From: a virus
Taxonomy: Duplodnaviria; Heunggongvirae; Uroviricota; Caudoviricetes
Length of the DNA stretch: 38,358 nucleotides
Virus record (IMG/VR): IMGVR_UViG_3300045988_093140
Direction: 5' to 3' (one strand)
A program made the translations under genes and the position numbers. Each line of letters opens with the position of its first letter. Positions within the stretch are counted from its first letter, which is position 1. Below, piece after piece: positions 1-9,975 of this stretch. The notes below the pieces were generated by a model that saw nothing but the letters and a program-made list of their open reading frames with translations, had not been told where the DNA came from and did no database searches.

Positions 1-553
1 TCATCCTGCGCATCCGGATATTAAACGGGCGCGGCGGCAGGTTATCCACCACCACTGAGGCCAGATACTGCGAGGTGGTTTTACCCTTAATGGTGATGTC
101 TTTTTCCGTCACCCAGCCACCATTACGCTGTATCTGAACCAGCAGGCGGACCTCCGACGGATTCCGATCCCCTTTTGAGGTGGTTTCCACCAGTGCCTGC
201 ACACCGAAGGTAAAGCGCAGACGGTCGATGTTTGCCGACGTGATGGTGCGGGTGATCGGCGTGTCATATTTCACTTCCGTACCCAGCACCGTCTCGGAGC
301 CGGAGGATTCAAACCCCTCCGGCGGTGTCTGCTCCTGCTCACCTGCCCGGAACACCACCGTGACACCGGAGATATTGGTATTCCCCTCACTGTCCAGCAC
401 CGGCGTACTGTTCAGCAACACGCTTTTTAACCCATCCACCGGACCTTCAATCGGCCCTTCGCTGATGACATCGATCACACTCAGCAACTGCGTGGATTTC
501 AGGTTGTCCTTCGCTTCACGCGGGGTATGCCCCTTACTGCTGCCTTTACCCAT
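1..553 (-). CDS. J: Tail tip/central fibre protein J, N-terminal 184 codons only (gene runs off the window start)
   Basis: Minus-strand translation from the ATG at 553 reads MGKGSSKGHTPREAK, the lambda gpJ N-terminus; lies 61 nt downstream of the I stop as in lambda. Confidence 0.85.
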   Translation of the reverse strand, partial: MGKGSSKGHTPREAKDNLKSTQLLSVIDVISEGPIEGPVDGLKSVLLNSTPVLDSEGNTNISGVTVVFRAGEQEQTPPEGFESSGSETVLGTEVKYDTPITRTITSANIDRLRFTFGVQALVETTSKGDRNPSEVRLLVQIQRNGGWVTEKDITIKGKTTSQYLASVVVDNLPPRPFNIRMRRM

Positions 554-613
554 TCCTCATGCTCCATAAACGACAAAACCGCCCGCAGGCGGTTTCACAT
601 AAAACATGTTCCA

Positions 614-1285
614 TCAGCGACCAATCACCACGATTTCACCACCATCACCTTCATCAGCTGTACTGATTTCCTGAGATGCCACACGTGACCCCACGCGCAT
701 TTCACCGAACAGAACGGGCAGAACATTGCCCTGGGCAACCATGTTATCCAGTGAGGAGAAATAGGTGTTCTGCTTACCGTTATCCGTGCTGGTCGCTGTG
801 GGCGTCCGGGCTTTCGGTGCCAGCATCTGCGCCACACCACCGAGCACCATACTGGCACCGAGAGAAAACAGGATGCCGGTCATACCACCGGCCCCAATGG
901 CTGCTCCCCATGCTGCAAGGGTGGCTCCGGCGGTAAAGAATGATCCGGCAATGGCGGCTGCTCCCAGGACAATCTGGAATACACCTCCGGGCTTGGCCCC
1001 GGCGACTCTGGGAACAATATGAATCACAGCGCCATCAGGCAGAGCCTCATGTAACTGCGCCGTTAATCCGGACGTGCTGACATCCCGCCCGGCAATCCGT
1101 ACCTGATACCAGCCGTCGCTCAGTTTCTGACGAAACGCCGGGAGCTGCGTGGCCAGCGCCCGGATGGCTTCAGCCCCTGTTTTCACACGAAGATCGATGC
1201 GGCGGCCAAATCGTTGTAAATCCCCGTAAAGGCAGATGCGTGCCATGCCCGGTGACGCCAGAGGGAGTGTGTGCGTCGCTGCCAT
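614..1285 (-). CDS. I: Tail assembly protein I
   Basis: 223 aa, MAATHTLPLASPGMARICLYGDLQRFGRR... matches lambda gpI along its length; overlaps the K 3' end by 103 nt as in lambda. Confidence 0.9.
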   Translation of the reverse strand: MAATHTLPLASPGMARICLYGDLQRFGRRIDLRVKTGAEAIRALATQLPAFRQKLSDGWYQVRIAGRDVSTSGLTAQLHEALPDGAVIHIVPRVAGAKPGGVFQIVLGAAAIAGSFFTAGATLAAWGAAIGAGGMTGILFSLGASMVLGGVAQMLAPKARTPTATSTDNGKQNTYFSSLDNMVAQGNVLPVLFGEMRVGSRVASQEISTADEGDGGEIVVIGR

Positions 1286-1926
1286 TTGTCGGTGTACCTC
1301 TCTCGTTTGCTCAGTTGTTCAGGAATATGGTGCAGCAGCTCGCCGTCACCACAGTAAATGGCGGCATGATTCGGCACCGATGAACCAAAGCAGCACAGCA
1401 GCACATCGCCCGGCTGCGCCGCTGACAACGGCACCTGATACAGCCCTGTGGCCTCCAGATTATCAAGATAGAGATTCTGGCCGTTACGCCACCAGTCATC
1501 CTCACGATAAAAGTCCGGCATCTCAATCCCCGCCAGATGGTAAGCGTCCCGGAACAGCGTGTAACAGTCCGTCACCCCGTGCTCAAAGCGCCGCCCGGTG
1601 AGATGCGGCACACAGCGGAACTTATGAATCGCCCCCCGGCAGACCAGCCACCACGGCAAATCACTCTGCACCTGCAGCCGCCGGTCGGCCTCACTCAGCC
1701 AGGGCAGACCACCGGGATGACTGTGGACCAGCGCCACAATCTCACCCTGCATTTCTGCCTGCAGCCAGTCCTCCGGCGACATCCGGAAATAATCCTCCGG
1801 CTCACCGGAGATATTCACGCAGGGAAAATATCTTTCCCCCTCCGGCGTTCTCACCACGAAGCCGCACGACTCCGCTGGCGCACATCGCCGGGCGTGCGCC
1901 AGAATCGCTGATTCTGTCTCTGTCAT
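1183..1926 (-). CDS. K: Tail assembly protein K (JAB/MPN plus NlpC/P60-like); start taken at MTETES, the classical 199-aa lambda annotation would start at 1782
   Basis: C-terminal 199 aa MSPEDWLQAEMQGEIVALVHSHPGG... match lambda gpK; the open frame continues upstream to an ATG abutting the L stop. Confidence 0.8.
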   Translation of the reverse strand: MTETESAILAHARRCAPAESCGFVVRTPEGERYFPCVNISGEPEDYFRMSPEDWLQAEMQGEIVALVHSHPGGLPWLSEADRRLQVQSDLPWWLVCRGAIHKFRCVPHLTGRRFEHGVTDCYTLFRDAYHLAGIEMPDFYREDDWWRNGQNLYLDNLEATGLYQVPLSAAQPGDVLLCCFGSSVPNHAAIYCGDGELLHHIPEQLSKRERYTDKWQRRTHSLWRHRAWHASAFTGIYNDLAAASIFV

Positions 1927-1930
1927 GGGA

Positions 1931-2629
1931 TTACTGCGAAAGTTTGTTAATGGAAAGGAAGCCGCCAAAGTTGCCGACGTTATTGCGGAACTTACAGCCA
2001 CTCAGGCATTTGCTGCATTTATCCTTCGTGATATCGGACGTCGGCTGGTCATATTCATCCGCGACCGCCGGACCGCTATAACCGCACTCATCACCGCGAT
2101 AGGTCCAGGTGCAGGTGTTGGCCAGCATGATGCGCCCCGGAAAAACAGCACCATCCGTTTCCGTCGGCGTGGACAACACAAAGGAGGCACTGACCGCGCT
2201 CAGTTCGCTGCACTGCTCGACGCGCCAGCGGCTGATCACCTCCTGCTCCGGATCGGCATCACTGTTTCCGTTGACGAAATTCACCGCATCCAGAAAACGG
2301 GCGTAAACCTTACGCCTGACCACCGTTCCGCCGACCAGACTCTGCAGATCTTCCACCATCCCGGTGACCATACCGTACAGGTTAGAAACCGTCAGCGTGG
2401 GGCGCGTACTGGTGCCTTTGCCATTCAGTTCAAAACCGCTCCCCTGAATGGGATACGCCTGATACTGTCGCCCCTGCCAGGTGACCGGCTCACCTTTTTC
2501 GTTCTGCTCATTACAGAAAAAATAACGTTCTCCACCGACCTCTGTCAGATCGATTTCCCAGAGCACCACGCTGGCCGACTGCTCCGCACGGGTGCATTCA
2601 TTCAGTGTTTCCTGTTGGATATCCTGCAT
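1931..2629 (-). CDS. L: Tail tip assembly protein L
   Basis: 232 aa, same length as lambda gpL and recognised as gpL from the translation (MQDIQQETLNECTRAEQSASVVLWEIDL...); synteny M-L-K-I. Confidence 0.9.
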   Translation of the reverse strand: MQDIQQETLNECTRAEQSASVVLWEIDLTEVGGERYFFCNEQNEKGEPVTWQGRQYQAYPIQGSGFELNGKGTSTRPTLTVSNLYGMVTGMVEDLQSLVGGTVVRRKVYARFLDAVNFVNGNSDADPEQEVISRWRVEQCSELSAVSASFVLSTPTETDGAVFPGRIMLANTCTWTYRGDECGYSGPAVADEYDQPTSDITKDKCSKCLSGCKFRNNVGNFGGFLSINKLSQ

Positions 2630-2958
2630 CAGTTCACCACCTGTTCAAACTCTGCGCTGAACTCAACACGCAGCATACTGACCCGCGACGACCATTTTGC
2701 GCAGGTCACCTTTATCTGCCGCCACTCATAAGGCGGCGTCCACAGAAAGGCTTTCCAGCCCCCGTGCTCAGCCAGAAACGACTCCAGCGCTGTGGCCTCC
2801 CAACGGGGAACAGAAAGCGTCACGCTGTACGTTTTCAGGTCAGCGTTCAGCCCGGCAGGCGCTCGCTGGGAATAGCCATCACCAAAGCGCACCTTTCTTA
2901 CGGAAGGGGCCGAAGCCACATCCATACCGGGTTTCACTTTCCAGCGGAAGGTTTTCAT
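2629..2958 (-). CDS. M: Tail tip assembly protein M
   Basis: 109 aa, same length and position as lambda gpM (MKTFRWKVKPGMDVASAPSVRKVRFGDGY...). Confidence 0.9.
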   Translation of the reverse strand: MKTFRWKVKPGMDVASAPSVRKVRFGDGYSQRAPAGLNADLKTYSVTLSVPRWEATALESFLAEHGGWKAFLWTPPYEWRQIKVTCAKWSSRVSMLRVEFSAEFEQVVN

Positions 2959-5516
2959 CGTCCACCTCCGGAGAACAGACCACCATCGCGCATCTGCCCG
3001 GTCACAACATCCATTGCCGCCTTACGGGCTACGTCATAAACAGCCTTCAGTGCCTGTGGCCCTATCTGACCGTTCGTGCCGTCGTTGTTAATCACCACAT
3101 GGTTATTCTGCTCAAACGTCCCGGACGCCTGCGACCGGCTGTCTGCCATGCTGCCCGGTGTACCGACATAACCGCCGGTGGCATAGCCGCGCATCAGCCG
3201 GTAGAGATTCCCCACGCCAATCCGGCTGGTTGCCTCCTTCGTGAAGACAAACTCACCACGGTGAACAATCCCCGCTGGCTCATATTTGCCGCCGGTTCCC
3301 GTAAATCCCCCGGTCGCAAAATGGAATTTCGCCGCAGCGGCCTGAATGGCTGTACCACCTGACGCTGATGCTCCACCACTGGCAGCACCGCCAATGGCGC
3401 TGCCGATACTCCCGACAATCCCCACCATTGCCTGCTTAAGCAGAATTTCTGTCATCATGGACAGCACGGAACGGGTGAAGCTGCGCCAGTTCTGTTCACT
3501 GCCGGTCAGCATCGCCGCCATATTCTGTGCAATACCATCAAAGGTCTGCGTGGCAGCACTTTTAACCTGCGACATACTGTCCGTGGCGCTCTCTTCCCAC
3601 TCACTCCAGCCGGACTTCAGGCCTGCCATCCAGCTCCCGCGAAGCTGGTCTTCAGCCGCCCAGGTCTTTTTCTGCTCTGACATGACGTTATTCAGCGCCA
3701 GCGGATTATCGCCATACTGTTCCTTCAGACGCTGTTCCGTGGCTTCCCGCGCTGCCTGCCGGTCAGTCAGCCCCCGGCTTTTCGCATCAATGGCGGCCCG
3801 TTTTGCCCGTTGCTGCTGTGCGAATTTATCCGCCTGCTGCGCCAGCGCATTCAGGTGCTCCTGATACGTGACCTTATCGCCAAGTGCAGCCAGCTGGCGC
3901 TTGTACTCCAGCGTCTCGTCTTTATGCGCCAGCAGGGATTTCTCCTGTGCAGACAGCTGGCGACGTTGCGCCGCCTCCTCCAGTACCGCGAACTGATTCT
4001 CCGCCTTCCACAAATCCCGGCGCTGCTGGCTGATTTTCTCATTCGCTCCGGCATGCTTCTCCAGCGTCCGGAGTTCTGCCTGAAGCGTCAGCAGGGCAGC
4101 ATGAGCACTGTCTTCCTGACGATCGCCCGCAGACACCTTCACGCCGGACTGCTTCGGCTTTTTCAGCGTAGCTTCATAATCCTTTTTCGCTGCCGCCATC
4201 AGCGTGTTGTAATCTGCCTGCAGGATTTTCCCGTCTTTCAGTGCCTTATTCAGTTCTTCCTGACGGGCGGTATATTTCTCCAGCGGCGTTTGCAGGCGTT
4301 CGTAAGCCTTCTGCGCCTCTTCGGTATATTTCAGCCGTGACGCTTCGGTATCGCTCTGCTGCTGCGCATTTTTGTCCTGTTGACTCTGCTGCTCAGCCTT
4401 CTTTCGGGCGGCTTCAAGCGCAAGACGGGCCTTTTCACGATCATCCCAGTAACGCGCCCGCGCTTCATCGTTAACAAAATAATCATCCTTGCGCAGATTC
4501 CAGATGTCGTCTGCTTTCTTAAACGCAGCCTCTGCCTTAATCAGCATCTCCTGAGCGGTATCAGGACGACCAATATCCAGCACCGCATCCCACATGGATT
4601 TGAATGCCCGTGCTGTCCTGTCTGCCCAGGTCTCCAGCGTGCCCATGTTCTCTTTCAGGCGGCGGGTCTGGTCATCAAACCCTTTCGTTGCGGCCTCGTT
4701 CGCCGCCTGCAATGCCCCGGCTTCATCGCCGGAACGCTGCAACTGAGCAACATACGCAATCTGCTCCGCCGTCACGTTATGGAACTGGCGTGCCATCGCC
4801 GTCAGCCCCGACGTCGGGTCTGTGGTCAGCTTCCCGAAGGCTTCAGCGACCTTGTCCACCTCCACGCCGGATGCAGAGGAGAAACGCGCCACACTCTGGC
4901 TGATGGACGCAATCTGAGCCTCACCGCTTACCCCCGCCTTAACCAGTGCGCTGAGTGACTCGCTGGTCTGGTTAAACGTCAGCCCTGCCGCCTGCCCGGC
5001 TCTGGACAGGACCAGCATGCGATCTGCCGTCAGTCCCGCCTGATTGCCGGAAAGGACCAGCGTTTTGTTGAAATCGGACAGGGTTGAGTTGCCCTGATAC
5101 CAGGCATACGCCAGCGCACCGGTCGCCACCGCCAGCGAGGTGGCCCCCACCATCGGCAGGGTGATCGCACCGGCAAGCCCCCTGAACATGGGGATCATCC
5201 CGCCGAAGGAGTCCTTAACCTGACCACCCTGTTGCAGCAGGATCAGCCACGGACTTTGCCCGCCTGCAAGCTGCGTGGCCACGTCGGTGAACTGTGCAGG
5301 CAGCATACGCATGGCGGCTTTATACTGCCCGACGGAAATCCCCGCTTTCTGTGCAGCCAGCGCCTGTCGGCTCAGCGACTGTTCAACGACTGCCGCTGTT
5401 TTTTTCGCATCACTTTCCGTACCGGAAAAATGACGCCTGACTCTGGCCATCTGCTCGTCAAATCTGGCCGCATCCAGACTCAAATCAACGACCAGATCGC
5501 CTACCGGTTCAGCCAT
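2955..5516 (-). CDS. H: Tail tape-measure protein H
   Basis: 853 aa (lambda gpH length), long Ala/Gln-rich coiled-coil core, position between T and M. Confidence 0.95.
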   Translation of the reverse strand: MAEPVGDLVVDLSLDAARFDEQMARVRRHFSGTESDAKKTAAVVEQSLSRQALAAQKAGISVGQYKAAMRMLPAQFTDVATQLAGGQSPWLILLQQGGQVKDSFGGMIPMFRGLAGAITLPMVGATSLAVATGALAYAWYQGNSTLSDFNKTLVLSGNQAGLTADRMLVLSRAGQAAGLTFNQTSESLSALVKAGVSGEAQIASISQSVARFSSASGVEVDKVAEAFGKLTTDPTSGLTAMARQFHNVTAEQIAYVAQLQRSGDEAGALQAANEAATKGFDDQTRRLKENMGTLETWADRTARAFKSMWDAVLDIGRPDTAQEMLIKAEAAFKKADDIWNLRKDDYFVNDEARARYWDDREKARLALEAARKKAEQQSQQDKNAQQQSDTEASRLKYTEEAQKAYERLQTPLEKYTARQEELNKALKDGKILQADYNTLMAAAKKDYEATLKKPKQSGVKVSAGDRQEDSAHAALLTLQAELRTLEKHAGANEKISQQRRDLWKAENQFAVLEEAAQRRQLSAQEKSLLAHKDETLEYKRQLAALGDKVTYQEHLNALAQQADKFAQQQRAKRAAIDAKSRGLTDRQAAREATEQRLKEQYGDNPLALNNVMSEQKKTWAAEDQLRGSWMAGLKSGWSEWEESATDSMSQVKSAATQTFDGIAQNMAAMLTGSEQNWRSFTRSVLSMMTEILLKQAMVGIVGSIGSAIGGAASGGASASGGTAIQAAAAKFHFATGGFTGTGGKYEPAGIVHRGEFVFTKEATSRIGVGNLYRLMRGYATGGYVGTPGSMADSRSQASGTFEQNNHVVINNDGTNGQIGPQALKAVYDVARKAAMDVVTGQMRDGGLFSGGGR

Positions 5517-5943
5517 ACCGGACTCCTCCTGCGATCCCTTCTGATACTGTCATCAGCATTACGTCATCCTCCGTCATTTCAGCCACATCCGGGGAAGCGG
5601 AGATAACTTCATTCCCGTCCGGACCAAAGCGGACGCCTCCGGCAAGCCCTGCCGCTTTCTGCATCAGCACATCATCTTCAGGCTCTTCGTCAGCCTCGCG
5701 CCGGTTCAGCAGACTGAAATCCAGCGGATGCATATCCGGATCGCTGAAAAACAGGCTGAGTACGGTGTACGTCAGCCCGGAAAAGTGCATATCCAGCAGA
5801 ACATCATGAAAATAATGGGTACTGTAAAAGCGGTGCCAGTCGGCGTACTCCGTGGATGACATCCCGGCAAGCATGGCGCGCCAGTCGGGTCGCCCCATCT
5901 CTCGCGCCAGTTTCAGGGCAAAACTCAGCTCACCGTCGAACAC
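5509..5943 (-). CDS. T: Tail assembly chaperone T frame (expressed only as G-T fusion by -1 frameshift)
   Basis: 144 aa ORF overlapping the G 3' end, same length and arrangement as lambda T. Confidence 0.85.
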   Translation of the reverse strand: MFDGELSFALKLAREMGRPDWRAMLAGMSSTEYADWHRFYSTHYFHDVLLDMHFSGLTYTVLSLFFSDPDMHPLDFSLLNRREADEEPEDDVLMQKAAGLAGGVRFGPDGNEVISASPDVAEMTEDDVMLMTVSEGIAGGVRYG

Positions 5944-6347
5944 TTTCCCGCAGAAACAGGCTCTGCAGGCCCGGCGTCCTCTGTCTGTTCAGGGGCATCA
6001 TTCACCACAAACTCATACATTCCGGACAGCCGGTACACCACGTTTTCAGCATGAGAAATTGCCTCCGCGGGCCAGGTGGTAAGCACTTCCTGCTCAATCT
6101 GTTTAACGGCTTCATTCATGGACGGCATCTGCGTCTTCTTCGGATGGTTATGCCACAGGGACATCGCCACCACAAAAGCACCGGTTCTGATAAGGTCTGC
6201 CAAAGCAACCTGTTGGTTGCTGTCGGAGTCCGCCTGTTCTGCCTGCCGTTTCATCAGAAAAAGATGCTCAATACGCTGCAGGGCTGACAGTTCAGAAAGC
6301 GTGACGGTCACGCCGTTATGTTCAAATGATTCGGTTTTCAGGAACAT
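5925..6347 (-). CDS. G: Tail assembly chaperone G
   Basis: 140 aa, same length and position as lambda gpG; slippery heptamer near its 3' end. Confidence 0.9.
   Translation of the reverse strand: MFLKTESFEHNGVTVTLSELSALQRIEHLFLMKRQAEQADSDSNQQVALADLIRTGAFVVAMSLWHNHPKKTQMPSMNEAVKQIEQEVLTTWPAEAISHAENVVYRLSGMYEFVVNDAPEQTEDAGPAEPVSAGKCSTVS
5943..5949 (-). other. GGGAAAG slippery heptamer for the programmed -1 frameshift producing G-T
   Basis: Plus strand reads CTTTCCC at 5943-5949, i.e. G GGA AAG on the coding strand, located in the G/T overlap exactly as in lambda. Confidence 0.7.
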
Positions 6348-6362
6348 CGCTGACTCTCCGGA

Positions 6363-7103
6363 TTAGCTGTCGGTGACGTTGATTTCTGCAACCGCAGCAA
6401 ACTCACCATTACCGGATACAACCGGAATGTTGACCTTGCCTGCAGCAACACCTTTCACGGTGATGGTCATACCACTGACCGACACGGTGGCTTTTGTTTT
6501 ATCCGCAGACACCGCACGGAAGCTCTTGTCGGTTGCGCCCTCCGGCTGGAATGCCACGGTCAGCGTCGTGCTCTGCCCTTTCACCACCGAGGTGCTGGCA
6601 GGCGTCACGGTCATACCGGTTGCCGCTGTTACCGTGCTGCGATCTTCTGCCATCGACGGACGTCCCACGTTGGTGACTTTCACCGTGCGGGTGATCACTT
6701 CCTTCGCTGTCACCGCCTTACCGATGCTGCTGACCCAGCCGCGGAACACATCGACCGTGCCGTTCGGGAAGCGGATTTTATAGGCACGGGTATCACCTTC
6801 ATTAAACCACGCCAGCAGCGCCTGCTGCCCCTGCTCTCCGGGCATCCACGCCAGCGTGAAGCTGGTATCTCCGGCAGATTTCTGCCCCTGCCCGGTCGCG
6901 GTCCAGTCTGCATCTTCATCATCGAGATAGCTGTCGTCATAGGACTCAGCGGTCAGTTCGCCGGGCGTCAGGTCTTTAACTTTAGCCAGACGCGACCAGT
7001 CAACGTCTGAAAGCGGGTTCGCATAAGGGTCACCGTTCCCCTTATAAACCCACAGGGTGGTTCCGGCCCCTTTCACCGGTGCCAGAGGATTTGGTGTTGG
7101 CAT
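6363..7103 (-). CDS. V: Major tail protein V (C-terminal Ig-like domain)
   Basis: Recognised as lambda gpV from the translation; start set at the [22 protein letters not shown] Met ten codons inside the track ORF, giving 246 aa as in lambda. Confidence 0.9.
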   Translation of the reverse strand: MPTPNPLAPVKGAGTTLWVYKGNGDPYANPLSDVDWSRLAKVKDLTPGELTAESYDDSYLDDEDADWTATGQGQKSAGDTSFTLAWMPGEQGQQALLAWFNEGDTRAYKIRFPNGTVDVFRGWVSSIGKAVTAKEVITRTVKVTNVGRPSMAEDRSTVTAATGMTVTPASTSVVKGQSTTLTVAFQPEGATDKSFRAVSADKTKATVSVSGMTITVKGVAAGKVNIPVVSGNGEFAAVAEINVTDS

Positions 7104-7110
7104 ATCGTCC

Positions 7111-7506
7111 TCACATTTCATAGGTAATGACATAAGTCAGATCGGCTGAACTCCACAGGCCCGCATCATCGTCGCGCCGGTAGTCATAGCCACTGGCCAC
7201 CATACTGGTGATCAAATCTGACAGTGCCGGGATATCGCTCATCACCGGATAAATCCGGGACTCCATCCACGCATCCAGCTCTGAATCCGGCACCTGAGCA
7301 GGCAGGAAAACTTCAATATGCAGCTCCGCCTGCCAGGTATCGCTGTCCAGCTCTTCGCCCGTGTATTCAGCGCCGGTGAGATAAACGGCAACTGCCGGAA
7401 AATCCGCCTCATCAAAAACAGCGGGGCGACCATCAAAAAACGTCGCCCCGGTGTCATGCTTCTCCAGTGCATCCAGTACGGCTGCACGGAGTTCAGTATG
7501 TTTCAT
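7111..7506 (-). CDS. U: Tail terminator protein U
   Basis: 131 aa, same length as lambda gpU ([30 protein letters not shown]...). Confidence 0.9.
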   Translation of the reverse strand: MKHTELRAAVLDALEKHDTGATFFDGRPAVFDEADFPAVAVYLTGAEYTGEELDSDTWQAELHIEVFLPAQVPDSELDAWMESRIYPVMSDIPALSDLITSMVASGYDYRRDDDAGLWSSADLTYVITYEM

Positions 7507-8081
7507 CGCTTTATTACCATCCTCAGTTGATGCTGCAGCGCATAGCCCAGCTCTTTCGGAAGACGTTCACGCCGTATCTGCTCAATATTCTGTTTAAACG
7601 CCGTGGTCAGCGGCACCGCCATCGGGATTTTCACCACATCAATGGGGTAACGGTTTTTCCCGGCCACACGCTGCATGACATGCCACCGGCCATTTTTCAG
7701 TTGCTGAATAAACGCGCCGGGAATACGACGGTTTCCCACCACAAGCACGCTGCCGCCACCTTTCAGGGATGAACGCTGCCCCTTTTTACGACGCCTGCGG
7801 CGGGACAGGACAACCCGCGCATTCCCCAGCTTGATTACGGGCAAATCCCCCCGGTTAACCCTGATTCTGGCCTGCGGATTTTTGACCGTGGCCCTTTTCA
7901 GTCTGGCCCTTTCCTTTACCAGTTTCCGGCGTACCTTTGTCTCACGGGCAACCTGTGCCGCCGACTGCGATATCGCGGATGAAGCAACGCGGTTAATGGC
8001 CATTGCTGACGCACCAGGCACCGCCGTTTTGCTGATACGGCTGAGGTTTTCAACGGCCTGCTCAAGACCTTTTATGGCCAT
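7503..8081 (-). CDS. Z: Tail completion protein Z
   Basis: 192 aa, same length and position as lambda gpZ. Confidence 0.9.
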   Translation of the reverse strand: MAIKGLEQAVENLSRISKTAVPGASAMAINRVASSAISQSAAQVARETKVRRKLVKERARLKRATVKNPQARIRVNRGDLPVIKLGNARVVLSRRRRRKKGQRSSLKGGGSVLVVGNRRIPGAFIQQLKNGRWHVMQRVAGKNRYPIDVVKIPMAVPLTTAFKQNIEQIRRERLPKELGYALQHQLRMVIKR

Positions 8082-8092
8082 ACATCCCCCTT

Positions 8093-8446
8093 TCAGCGAC
8101 GACGGTTAACGGCAGGCGGCACGCCACGCCCAAGCCAGAGATGACAGCTTCCGCCATCATCCGGCGAAATCCGGTCTATCCAGAAGTTTTCCTCACCGAT
8201 GGTCAGCGTGTCGCCGCGCCGCAGCTGCCGCACATCATCAGTCCGGACAAACAGGGACGGGCTGGAGCCTTCAACGCGCACGCCCTGTCCGGCATAGCTG
8301 ATATTTTCAGGGTCATCAAAAACACCACGTATCACAGCACCGGACTGCTCACCGGATGTCATGGTGGCTGACGTTCCCATGTACCCGCGTATCGTTTCAT
8401 CGGCGCGGGCAATGGCAGCATCGAACAGGTTATCGAAATCAGCCAC
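8093..8446 (-). CDS. FII: Head-tail connector protein FII
   Basis: 117 aa, same length and position as lambda gpFII (MADFDNLFDAAIARADETIRGYMGTSATM...). Confidence 0.9.
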   Translation of the reverse strand: MADFDNLFDAAIARADETIRGYMGTSATMTSGEQSGAVIRGVFDDPENISYAGQGVRVEGSSPSLFVRTDDVRQLRRGDTLTIGEENFWIDRISPDDGGSCHLWLGRGVPPAVNRRR

Positions 8447-8457
8447 AGCGCCTCCCG

Positions 8458-8853
8458 TTATTGCATTCTGGCCAGGCCGCGCTCTGTCATTTCGGCTGCC
8501 ACACCGGCAGAGACACGAAACGCCGTTCCCGGCAGCACAAATGCCACAGGTTCATCCCGCGTGGCGTGAAGTGCATCGGTATGCAGCGTCACCAGTGCCA
8601 CAACCGTGACCAGAGCAGCCGTATCAGTCACGGTATCCGTCTGTGCTGATACCACCTCATTTTCATGTCCGGTCAGCGCATTTTCCGGGCTGACAGACGA
8701 GTCCTGACCGGCTGCGTCATCCGTGTCATCAAGCTCCTCTTCCAGCTCTGCCACACGGAGCGCCAGTTCTTCTTTCGTCCCCGTCAGGCTGACATCACGG
8801 TTCAGTTGCTCACCCAGCGACCGGAGACGGGCAATCAGTTCATCTTTCGTCAT
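8458..8853 (-). CDS. FI: DNA packaging protein FI
   Basis: From the internal Met MTKDELIARLRSLGEQLNRDVSLTGTKEELALRVAEL... gives 132 aa as in lambda gpFI. Confidence 0.85.
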   Translation of the reverse strand: MTKDELIARLRSLGEQLNRDVSLTGTKEELALRVAELEEELDDTDDAAGQDSSVSPENALTGHENEVVSAQTDTVTDTAALVTVVALVTLHTDALHATRDEPVAFVLPGTAFRVSAGVAAEMTERGLARMQ

Positions 8854-8894
8854 GGACTCCTCCACAGAGAAACAATGGCCCCGAAGGGCCATGA

Positions 8895-9920
8895 TTACGC
8901 CAGTTGTACGGACACGAACGCATCAGGGTCAGCCAGCAGCATCAGCGGTGCTGACTGAATCATGGTGAACTCACGCGCCGGATCGCCAGTGGTCACCCAG
9001 TTTTTCGGGTAGCGGGCAGAGGCGTTAATACCTTCGCGCTGTGCGTCCGCATCCTGAATGCATCCATAGGTGCGCAGACCGCGTGCCTGAGTGTTCCCCA
9101 GCACCATCGTGTTGTCCGGCAGGAAGTTCTTTTTGACGTCGTTTTCCACGTACTGTCCGGAATACACGACGATCGCCGTATCGCCATACATCCCCTTATA
9201 GGACACCGCTTCGCCCAGGTCTTTTACCGCTGTCTCCAGCTCGGAATTAGAGCCGCGACGGGTATCCAGCTTCTCCTTGACGGCTTTGAAGGAACGGAAC
9301 AGCGCCCAGCCTTTCGGATCAAACACGATGATATTCACCACGCCGCTGGCGTTCAGCGCGTAGGCTTCGATATCGTCGGTCGGGTCATACGTGGACTTGT
9401 CACGCTTGCTCCACTCCGTGCCGCCGGACTGTGTGATGTTATTCGCCGCACTGCGGCCCATATCCACCTCAACCGGATCGAAGGCTTCACCGGTCATGGT
9501 GTATTTGCCCTTAAGCACGGCAGAAACGGCCTGCATCTCTTCGACCTGAGCAATGGCCAGCTCTTCGTCTCGCATGTTCTGCATGATGATGCGACGGCGG
9601 CGGTAAGCCGGGTCTGCCAGATTCTGTGGATCTTCATCCGGCAGGCGACGCAGGGTCATCTGCGGATTCACCTCATGCTTCGGCTTGACATATCCCGGCG
9701 TAAATTCGGAGGTGGAGCCGCCACGGGAGCGGATAACCTCACCGGAAACAATCGGCGAAACGTACAGCGCCATGTTTACCAGTCCCGGAATTTGTGAGAG
9801 ATAGACTTTCTCCGTGGTGAAGGGATAGCTCTCACGGAAAAAGAGACGCAGAAACAGCGGATCAAACTTAAATTTCTTCTCATTTGCCGCCAGCAGCTGG
9901 GCGGTTGTGTACATCGACAT
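8895..9920 (-). CDS. E: Major capsid protein E
   Basis: From MSMYTTAQLLAANE... gives 341 aa, recognised as lambda gpE along the whole length. Confidence 0.95.
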   Translation of the reverse strand: MSMYTTAQLLAANEKKFKFDPLFLRLFFRESYPFTTEKVYLSQIPGLVNMALYVSPIVSGEVIRSRGGSTSEFTPGYVKPKHEVNPQMTLRRLPDEDPQNLADPAYRRRRIIMQNMRDEELAIAQVEEMQAVSAVLKGKYTMTGEAFDPVEVDMGRSAANNITQSGGTEWSKRDKSTYDPTDDIEAYALNASGVVNIIVFDPKGWALFRSFKAVKEKLDTRRGSNSELETAVKDLGEAVSYKGMYGDTAIVVYSGQYVENDVKKNFLPDNTMVLGNTQARGLRTYGCIQDADAQREGINASARYPKNWVTTGDPAREFTMIQSAPLMLLADPDAFVSVQLA

Positions 9921-9975
9921 AAAAAAATCCCGTAAAAAAAGCCGCACAGGCGGCCTTTAGTGATGAAGGGTAAGG

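Noticed and set aside
180-569. Plus-strand 129-aa ORF
   Set aside because: Lies antisense inside the J coding region; the minus-strand frame is the lambda gpJ N-terminus.
3346-4958. Several plus-strand ORFs of 170-190 aa inside the tape-measure region
   Set aside because: Antisense to H, which is continuous and recognisable as lambda gpH; products are low-complexity; these are typical shadow ORFs.
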